This document shows positions 57,501 to 64,000 of a DNA stretch of 64,000 nucleotides, piece by piece. The translations under genes and the position numbers were made by a program. Location of the stretch: the sequence record MZ234031.1; one strand, written 5' to 3'. The first letter of the stretch is position 1. Every line of letters begins with the position of its first letter. Under the pieces are notes generated by a model, which was not told the DNA's origin, made no database searches, and saw only the letters and a list, made by a program, of their open reading frames with translations. This stretch comes from Escherichia phage vB_EcoM-CHD94UKE2.

Positions 57501-57728
57501 ATGAAATTTAAAATCGAAAACGAAATCGTTAAAGCTAAAAATGCTCTGACTGCTAACAAACTGGTTGTAGATGGTATTGAATATGATATCTGTGGAGTTC
57601 GTGAAGAAAAACCTGGTGTTCTGACTTTCTTCACAATGATTTTTAAATTTAAAGGTGACACAGAATTCAAACAGTTTGATTTTGCCCATGAAGACGAAAT
57701 CGAAGTTCGTAATCTGAACATTAAGTAA
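57501..57728 (+). CDS. hypothetical protein (75 aa)
   Basis: GGAGA SD. Confidence 0.5.
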   Translation: MKFKIENEIVKAKNALTANKLVVDGIEYDICGVREEKPGVLTFFTMIFKFKGDTEFKQFDFAHEDEIEVRNLNIK

Positions 57729-57767
57729 GTACTTTATTAGAGCTCTTGAAAAAGAGTGCAAAAAAGT

Positions 57768-57796
57768 GTTTACTTCTGCTTTAAACATGATACTAT
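57768..57796 (+). promoter_or_regulatory. T4-type early promoter (GTTTAC-N17-TACTAT) for motA
   Basis: -35 57768-57773, -10 57791-57796. Confidence 0.55.
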
Positions 57797-57833
57797 AGAC
57801 CTATCAAATAAATGAACTGAAACGGAGATTAAA

Positions 57834-58469
57834 ATGTCTAAAGTAACTTACATCATCAAAGCTTCTAACGATATTCTGAATGAAAAAACTGCTGCGATTT
57901 TAATTACCATTGCTAAGAAAGATTTCATTACAGCTGCAGAAGTTCGTGAGGTGCATCCAGATTTAGGCAATGCAGTAGTTAATAGTAATATTGGGGTATT
58001 GATTAAAAAAGGCCTGGTGGAGAAATCTGGTGATGGATTAATCATTACTGGTGAAGCTCAGGATATTATTTCAAATGCAGCAACTTTATACGCACAGGAA
58101 AACGCTCCGGAACTGCTGAAAAAACGAGCAACTCGTAAAGCTCGCGAAATTACTTCTGATATGGAAGAAGATAAAGACTTCATGTTAAAACTTTTAGATG
58201 AAAATGGATTTGTTCTTAAAAAGGTTGAAACTTACCGCAGTAACTATCTCGCTATTTTAGAAAAACGCACTCACGGAATTCGTAATTTTGAAATTAACAA
58301 CAATGGAAATATGCGAATTTTTGGATACAAAATGATGGAACATCATATTCAGAAATTTACTGACATCGGAATGTCATGTAAAATCGCTAAAAACGGTAAT
58401 GTGTATCTTGACATTAAACGTTCGGCAGAAAACATTGAAGCTGTAATCACTGTAGCATCTGAACTGTGA
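57834..58469 (+). CDS. motA: middle-transcription activator MotA
   Basis: 211 aa, MSKVTYIIKASNDILNEKTAAILITIAKKDFITAAEVREVHPDLGN... Confidence 0.95.
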   Translation: MSKVTYIIKASNDILNEKTAAILITIAKKDFITAAEVREVHPDLGNAVVNSNIGVLIKKGLVEKSGDGLIITGEAQDIISNAATLYAQENAPELLKKRATRKAREITSDMEEDKDFMLKLLDENGFVLKKVETYRSNYLAILEKRTHGIRNFEINNNGNMRIFGYKMMEHHIQKFTDIGMSCKIAKNGNVYLDIKRSAENIEAVITVASEL

Positions 58470-58479
58470 GGAATAAATA

Positions 58480-58809
58480 ATGAACAAGTTAGAAATTGTC
58501 AATGAACTTCGTCGTTGTGTAGAACCTACTCAAGAGGGTTGGGACATCTGGTACCATGGAGCTTATCTTGGAACTATCGTAAAGATTAAGACTGGCAAAT
58601 ACATGATTATTCGTGAAAGTAAAGATGCTCCAGTAGGTATTCGCAATAATTTCATGGCAGCTATAAGTTCCTTTATGGATTCAGCTTACGAAATTTACCT
58701 TGCTGATTATAAAGAATTCCATGAATCTCAACCAGTTATTCGCTCAATTGGTGTTAACAAAGCTCAACAGAAAACTTTATGGCAACGTATTAAAGGATGG
58801 TTTAAATGA
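58480..58809 (+). CDS. hypothetical protein (109 aa)
   Basis: GAGGAATAAATA SD. Confidence 0.5.
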   Translation: MNKLEIVNELRRCVEPTQEGWDIWYHGAYLGTIVKIKTGKYMIIRESKDAPVGIRNNFMAAISSFMDSAYEIYLADYKEFHESQPVIRSIGVNKAQQKTLWQRIKGWFK

Positions 58810-58961
58810 AAACATTTAAAATTGTCGTAGAATTTTATAACGGCGAAGGTGTAGTCCATCTTAAAGCGGCCAACCAGTTTGATGCGGTAAGAGTATATTG
58901 TCAATGCTTTGAAAGTTCTAAACAAGCTATAAAAATTAAAAGTGTTGAGGAAACCAAATGA
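58806..58961 (+). CDS. hypothetical protein (51 aa)
   Basis: ATGA overlaps at both ends. Confidence 0.35.
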   Translation: MKTFKIVVEFYNGEGVVHLKAANQFDAVRVYCQCFESSKQAIKIKSVEETK

Positions 58962-59425
58962 AAACCTTCAAAGAGCGTCTTGAATTATTAGACCTGGCTT
59001 TATTACGTGAAACTCCAGAAAGTCTAGCAGCTAAATTACAGGCCTATGGCGACTACACCGAATATACGGAAGAGGATGTTTTAGAAGAGGTTCCTGAAAT
59101 CTGTTGGCAAGTAGCTCATTGGAACAATAATGAAAAATATCAACGTCGAATTGTGTGTGCAGCCAACCGCTTTAAGTTAAAAGATGGTGGGACTCTGGTT
59201 ATTCCTGGTGCTCGTCATTATTCTAAAGATATGGCTGAAGTTCTTGACCAGGTAAGTGATAAACTTGTATCAGACCATGTTTGTGGTGAAGACCAAGGAT
59301 TTATTGACCAGTATAGCAATTACTGGACACGTGAAGAAGCAATGATTATTGCAACTTACGCTGGACAAGTGCGTATTGAACGTGGTGGTAGTGAAAAAGA
59401 ACTTTACTCTGAGGACCTTTACTAA
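58958..59425 (+). CDS. hypothetical protein (155 aa)
   Basis: GAGGAAA SD. Confidence 0.5.
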   Translation: MKTFKERLELLDLALLRETPESLAAKLQAYGDYTEYTEEDVLEEVPEICWQVAHWNNNEKYQRRIVCAANRFKLKDGGTLVIPGARHYSKDMAEVLDQVSDKLVSDHVCGEDQGFIDQYSNYWTREEAMIIATYAGQVRIERGGSEKELYSEDLY

Positions 59426-59721
59426 TGAATATTAAAAAGTTTCAAATTGATGGAATTAAGAATCAAATCCAGGCGTTGGAATATGCCAATAAAATGATGT
59501 CAACTAATTGGGGAATTTATACAAATGAACCGGCATTTCAGTTCTGTGATATGGAATTCACTAAAAAGCTCGTAGGAAAAGATTATGTATGCCCATTTAG
59601 TTTTCCGGTAAATGGAATGCTAAAACCTGCTTTACGCGATCTTTATATTGCGATGAACGAAGAAATGATAAAAGAATTAAAACGTCAACTGAAGGTGATT
59701 CAATTTGGCCAGGGAAATTAA
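59425..59721 (+). CDS. hypothetical protein (98 aa)
   Basis: TAATG junction. Confidence 0.5.
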   Translation: MNIKKFQIDGIKNQIQALEYANKMMSTNWGIYTNEPAFQFCDMEFTKKLVGKDYVCPFSFPVNGMLKPALRDLYIAMNEEMIKELKRQLKVIQFGQGN

Positions 59722-60006
59722 TTCAAAATCTGATTATTTTAATTCTCTCAATGATAAAGATAAAAATCTAATACGGCATTTTATTGTTGAGATGGGATAT
59801 ACTGATACACGTGATTTAAGAGAACATATATTTGAATGTGGTGTAGCTAAAAAGTTTTCATTCACATGCAAATGTTTAAGAGAGGTAATTCAGCATTATG
59901 AACAATTTAGTCGCAAAACATAATTTTAATAAAGCTTCTGTCCATAAAGATAAGAAGAAAGCGTTTAAAGAATCTAATCGCAAACAGAAACATAAGGGGA
60001 AGGTCT

Positions 60007-60285
60007 ATGATTATTGATTCTCAATCTGTGGTTCAATATACAATCAAAATTGATATTCTAGAAAAGCTATATAAGTTTCTACCAAATTTATACCACTCAA
60101 TTGTTAATGAATTAGTTGAAGAACTACATCTTGAGAATAATGATTTCTTGATTGGAACTTATAAAGACCTCTCAAAAGCAGGATATTTTTACGTAATTCC
60201 AGCTCCAGGAAAAAGTATTGATGATGTATTAAAAACTATAATGATTTATGTCCATGATTATGAAATTGAAGATTATTTCGAATGA
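60007..60285 (+). CDS. acidic protein (92 aa)
   Basis: AAGGGGAAGG SD; net negative charge; size and position fit T4 arn but sequence not recognised. Confidence 0.4.
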   Translation: MIIDSQSVVQYTIKIDILEKLYKFLPNLYHSIVNELVEELHLENNDFLIGTYKDLSKAGYFYVIPAPGKSIDDVLKTIMIYVHDYEIEDYFE

Positions 60286-60434
60286 GTTATAATCTTGAAA
60301 TGGTAATCGAGCATAATGTAGCTCAGGAACGTGAGTCGTTCAAGGAATTCGTAGAAAAAATTTTTGAAGAAAATAACACAGACCAGTTTACAAATCAAAC
60401 GTCTGATGATATTATAACAAAGTCAACTAATTGA
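60282..60434 (+). CDS. hypothetical protein (50 aa)
   Basis: ATGA overlap. Confidence 0.3.
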   Translation: MSYNLEMVIEHNVAQERESFKEFVEKIFEENNTDQFTNQTSDDIITKSTN

Positions 60435-60447
60435 GTGGTATAAGTTA

Positions 60448-60720
60448 ATGAATAAAAATATTGATACAGTTCGTGAAATTATTACTGTTGCGTCTATTTT
60501 GATTAAATTTTCCAGAGAAGATATTGTTGAGAATCGCGCTAATTTTATTGCATTTCTGAATGAGATTGGAGTAACGCATGAAGGTAGAAAGTTAAATCAG
60601 AATTCATTCCGTAAAATTGTTTCTGAATTAACTCAAGAAGATAAGAAAACCCTCATCGACGAATTCAACGAGGGTTTTGAGGGTGTATATCGATATCTAG
60701 AGATGTATACGAACAAATAA
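60448..60720 (+). CDS. asiA: anti-sigma-70 factor AsiA
   Basis: 90 aa, MNKNIDTVREIITVASILIKFSREDIVENRANFIAFLNEIG... Confidence 0.95.
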   Translation: MNKNIDTVREIITVASILIKFSREDIVENRANFIAFLNEIGVTHEGRKLNQNSFRKIVSELTQEDKKTLIDEFNEGFEGVYRYLEMYTNK

Positions 60721-61377
60721 TTATTTAGCCCTTCCTAATATTCTGGCCGCCTGAGCACATATTGATTCAAGGCGGTCATTACTTATATGATCATTTCTAT
60801 ACCAGTACATGGTTATTGTTCCAGCATAGATATTATCCAAATTAAAATATGGACAACTGTACATGTAGTTTATTTCGGGAGTAGGCTTTTTAGTTGGTAA
60901 AAAAGCAAATTTTGAGTCGGAATAATAATGACGTCCATTTAAATGAACTGTATATTCATCCATAGTTTTATCAACAGGATATCCTCCAAGTGATTTTTCA
61001 CTTATTGTTGAAGGTAATTTTCCTTCATATGCTATAATATCAACAAAATAGTTTAAGTTTTTAGGGCGGAAAGAATACACCGCACTAAAGTCTGCCTCAG
61101 ATGATATATGAACTATCTGGAGTTGTTCCAGGGCGACAGATTCAAAGCGTGCATTTCTTTCCTTTTCAATAATTTCACTGTATGTTTCATACTTTGATTG
61201 CTTATAGTACTCAAAGAAACTATCTCCCCTATACCAAACAATCGCCATCATAAATAAAAGAATTACGACAGCTACCCGGGAAGCAAGAACTTTCCCGGTA
61301 GCGTTATCTTTGAACAAGCGATCTAGAACACCAAACAGAATACCAGAGGGCGAAAATGATATTCTAGGTGCTGCCAT
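60721..61377 (-). CDS. t: holin T
   Basis: 218 aa, N-terminal TM helix then large periplasmic domain; AAGGAGGG SD; abuts asiA stop. Confidence 0.95.
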   Translation of the reverse strand: MAAPRISFSPSGILFGVLDRLFKDNATGKVLASRVAVVILLFMMAIVWYRGDSFFEYYKQSKYETYSEIIEKERNARFESVALEQLQIVHISSEADFSAVYSFRPKNLNYFVDIIAYEGKLPSTISEKSLGGYPVDKTMDEYTVHLNGRHYYSDSKFAFLPTKKPTPEINYMYSCPYFNLDNIYAGTITMYWYRNDHISNDRLESICAQAARILGRAK

Positions 61378-61407
61378 AGACCCTCCTTTTAAGGGTATTT
61401 ATTCACA

Positions 61408-62190
61408 TTATACTCTTGGACCATATATTGCTCCAACATTTTGCCATGTTGGAGCGGACCCTATGACAGCATAACCAGCAGCGCCGCCATTATATTCAGA
61501 TCCTTGACCGCGAATATTGCATCTACCTCCCGCGGAACCTACTTCACCACCGTTTCCACCATTATAGATACCATTCACGGATCCTGAGCCAGGTGCAGAA
61601 ATAGTACCGCCAGTCGCGCCTGATTGCATATCAATAGATCCTCCTGGCGCACCAAAAGGACGACCGCCACCACCACCAAAGGTCAATCTCATTTGTGAAA
61701 AAGGAGAATAATATCCGCCGCCGCCACCGCCGCCACCGCCTGCAATAGCTCCGCCATTATTAATTCTTAGTCTCCCACCAATATCGTTTTGAATACAATG
61801 ACCTCCAGCTGAGCCAGGACTATTGCTACCGCCATTACCTCCACGACCATACATCGTTACGCCATGTATATTTAACTGAACATATTCATTTGGTGTATCT
61901 CCGTACATGAAGAATAAAGGAACATCTTTAGAATAAGAAACGATATCACCAACAATATTGAATACAATAGGTGCACCGCCAGCTTCAAAGCATCTATCAC
62001 GGAACCACTGACCATTAAAATTGTGGTTTGCTCCTACAGTATGAATAATTTCTCGTGAGCGACCTGCAAATTGACTCATCCAGCAAGGAACACCCAATCT
62101 TAATTGACCAGCCGCTTGACTCATCCAGCGCTGTCCTGTTTCATTTGCGGCTGAACTTCCAATCCAACCAGGAACACCAACTACTGCCAT
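61408..62190 (-). CDS. 38: tail-fibre adhesin gp38 (T2-type, glycine-rich motifs)
   Basis: 260 aa with poly-Gly blocks ([26 protein letters not shown]) separated by variable segments. Confidence 0.75.
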   Translation of the reverse strand: MAVVGVPGWIGSSAANETGQRWMSQAAGQLRLGVPCWMSQFAGRSREIIHTVGANHNFNGQWFRDRCFEAGGAPIVFNIVGDIVSYSKDVPLFFMYGDTPNEYVQLNIHGVTMYGRGGNGGSNSPGSAGGHCIQNDIGGRLRINNGGAIAGGGGGGGGGYYSPFSQMRLTFGGGGGRPFGAPGGSIDMQSGATGGTISAPGSGSVNGIYNGGNGGEVGSAGGRCNIRGQGSEYNGGAAGYAVIGSAPTWQNVGAIYGPRV

Positions 62191-62200
62191 AATTTATACT

Positions 62201-62220
62201 CCAAAGGGGGCATTTCCCCC
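62201..62220 (-). terminator. hairpin between genes 37 and 38
   Basis: GGGGG-AAATG-CCCCC on minus strand, short U tract. Confidence 0.4.
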
Positions 62221-62226
62221 TTGTTG

Positions 62227-64000
62227 TTAGAATTTAAAATATTTACTAATTTTGCGAGCAATTTTAGTAAAGAGAGGCGTTTTCAATTCTTTAATTTCTT
62301 CACTCATTTCCTGAATAGCCTTAATTAAAAGAGCATTCACAGCAGAGTTAGAAATTGTCAGAACATCAGATCCATCAACTTCAACTTTAGATACAGCTTC
62401 CGGTAATTCCTTTTCAAGGTCCTGAGCAATAATACCAACTTCACGTTTAATAACACTACGGTCTTTAATAGACTTAACTTTATCGTAAATATAAACTTTC
62501 AGTCGGCAAACTTTTTCGACTGCTCCATATTCTAATTCTTCTTTATTAATCTTGAGACGGGAGTCAGAACGAATATACACATCGCTAAAGCTACCATTTC
62601 CTGGTGTATAAAAGAATCCATCATGATGGAATTCAAACACAGCTTGTGGGTGTCCAGCATCAGGAGAAGCCTCCGTGGATCCGACACGAATGATTGCTTG
62701 CCCCCACTGTGATGGAATACGACGCATACCAAAGTCAACAGCGGTGCTATATCCTTGATTGGTTATAACGCTTCTTGCTTTAAGAATAGGATAATAACTA
62801 TCTTGACCAACATAACCATGATCAACGAATAATGGAGCTTCTACTCGCCATTGGTTGCCCCAATCACCCGGTTGTCTAGCAATCCATCCAGAACCGTTAA
62901 TGTGTACACGGTCACGGTTAACGTTAACCATTGCGGTATTTTGCGGGTTTAACGCAATCTCACCATTGTTTGTGATATGTACTGCCGCCTGAGAAGCATA
63001 GCTATAAAATGCTAGCGAATTATCAGCACCACCCTTGCCAATATACCAGTTACCAGTCCCGTCTATGTCACCGCGAATATGCAAAGAATTACTAGCAGTT
63101 GTTGATAATACAATAGAATCATTAGGTGCATTGATTGTTAACCGACCTGTCATCGTATCACCGCCTTTACCTAGGCGAGTATTCAAGGCAGCATCTAAAT
63201 TGGTTGCATCGTTGTATTTCTTCCAGATTGAACCAGCAATGTTACCATCAGTGTTCAAGAATGCTGCGCCAGCATAAACTCGGCTTTGTGACATGAATCG
63301 GCCAGACGGCAAGAAACGCCATATAGCTAATTCAGTGGCTGTAGTTCCAGTAGCGGATAAATCACCCTGAGCAACGATACGATATTCTGAACTAGCAATA
63401 TCCATACCAGAAGCCATAGTAATATTTGTTACAGTGTTTTTCTGTTTAACAATTGGCGCAAACTGGTTTTTATTTGAATCGTCAATAGCCTGATATAATG
63501 GCGCAATGGTAGTATTCTGATTTGCGTAAGTATTAGAACCAGAACCGCTAGCAGGGGCTTGAATATATGCTCCTGGAGCAAGTGAAATTTTCTGATTAGC
63601 ACCAAGATTAACAGCAGCAGTGATATTCAGCAATCCCCTAAAGTTTTGTTGAGCAGTCCAAGTGTGTGATCCGTCTTCAAGAACAACACGACGACAAGTA
63701 TTAGTCCTACTTCCTGGATTACCAGCGATACGAACAACGAAATAACGATAGTTCGCCTGAGATACAGTACCGCGCCACACTTGAACAGTTCGACCCGTTC
63801 CGGTATGTTCGCTAGGACCGACAGAAAACATAACCAGGTTTCCATCAATCGTGCCCCAATCCATATTTGCTGGCATATTCTTTATTTTGTTCAAAGGAAC
63901 ACTAAACATACTACCAGGGACAAAATCAAAGGTTTGCCAATCTAACTCCGCTAATTGAGCTTTAATACCACCCATACCCAAAGTAATTGGCAGAGAATAA
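62227..64000 (-). CDS. 37: long tail fibre distal subunit gp37, C-terminal part (5' end beyond window)
   Basis: open frame continues to window edge; C-terminal SDSRLKINKEELEY... chaperone-like domain. Confidence 0.85.
   Translation of the reverse strand, partial: YSLPITLGMGGIKAQLAELDWQTFDFVPGSMFSVPLNKIKNMPANMDWGTIDGNLVMFSVGPSEHTGTGRTVQVWRGTVSQANYRYFVVRIAGNPGSRTNTCRRVVLEDGSHTWTAQQNFRGLLNITAAVNLGANQKISLAPGAYIQAPASGSGSNTYANQNTTIAPLYQAIDDSNKNQFAPIVKQKNTVTNITMASGMDIASSEYRIVAQGDLSATGTTATELAIWRFLPSGRFMSQSRVYAGAAFLNTDGNIAGSIWKKYNDATNLDAALNTRLGKGGDTMTGRLTINAPNDSIVLSTTASNSLHIRGDIDGTGNWYIGKGGADNSLAFYSYASQAAVHITNNGEIALNPQNTAMVNVNRDRVHINGSGWIARQPGDWGNQWRVEAPLFVDHGYVGQDSYYPILKARSVITNQGYSTAVDFGMRRIPSQWGQAIIRVGSTEASPDAGHPQAVFEFHHDGFFYTPGNGSFSDVYIRSDSRLKINKEELEYGAVEKVCRLKVYIYDKVKSIKDRSVIKREVGIIAQDLEKELPEAVSKVEVDGSDVLTISNSAVNALLIKAIQEMSEEIKELKTPLFTKIARKISKYFKF

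Noticed and set aside
61640-61760. GC-rich simple-repeat-like tract (CCGCCGCCACCGCC...)
   Set aside because: It is the reverse complement of Gly codons encoding the poly-glycine motifs of gp38, not a CRISPR or satellite repeat.
1-64000. tRNA genes, rRNA, CRISPR arrays, integrase or prophage attachment sites
   Set aside because: None recognised on reading the sequence; the window is densely protein-coding lytic-phage DNA. A tRNA scan would be needed to exclude small tRNAs formally.

Overview
This window is about 64 kb of a T-even (T4-like) myophage genome, read in the direction of early transcription; nearly all genes are on the + strand and most are recognisable phage early/middle genes. Order: an nrdC-upstream block of uncharacterised ORFs (1-7 kb), nrdC, pin-like, endonuclease VII (49), intronless nrdD, a free-standing GIY-YIG endonuclease, a disrupted nrdG, sigma factor 55, alpha-glucosyltransferase, then 47, 46, rpbA, 45, 44, 62, regA, 43, imm, 42, a 280-aa glycosyltransferase, uvsX, 40, 41, dmd, sp, 61, 56, a degenerate GIY-YIG gene, soc, modB/modA, dda, dexA, an unsplit topoisomerase gene 39, rIIA, rIIB, denB-like, ndd-like, stp, 52, motA and asiA. 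The last 3.3 kb carries the 3' end of the late tail-fibre operon on the - strand (37 partial, 38, holin t). Genes are tightly packed with frequent ATGA/TAATG overlaps, punctuated by T4-type early promoters (GTTTAC-N17/18-TAnnAT) and GGGCTTCGGCCC-type hairpin terminators. I saw no tRNA, rRNA, CRISPR array or integrase. Compared with my recollection of T4, this phage looks T2/T6-like in several places (no nrdD intron, no gene 39/60 split, Gly-rich gp38 adhesin, a non-T4 glycosyltransferase beside gene 42). I did not find a clear-cut novel system; the strongest leads are two lesions in nrdG next to the endonuclease gene, four divergent paralogues upstream of nrdC, a secreted-protein/lipoprotein pair beside imm, a convergent small membrane-protein gene between 61 and 56, a partial duplication of the 3' end of pin, and a cluster of small hydrophobic peptide genes around stp. 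All calls come from reading the ORF translations and from recall of T4 protein sequences; no database search was run, and gene names assigned only by size and position are marked as such.
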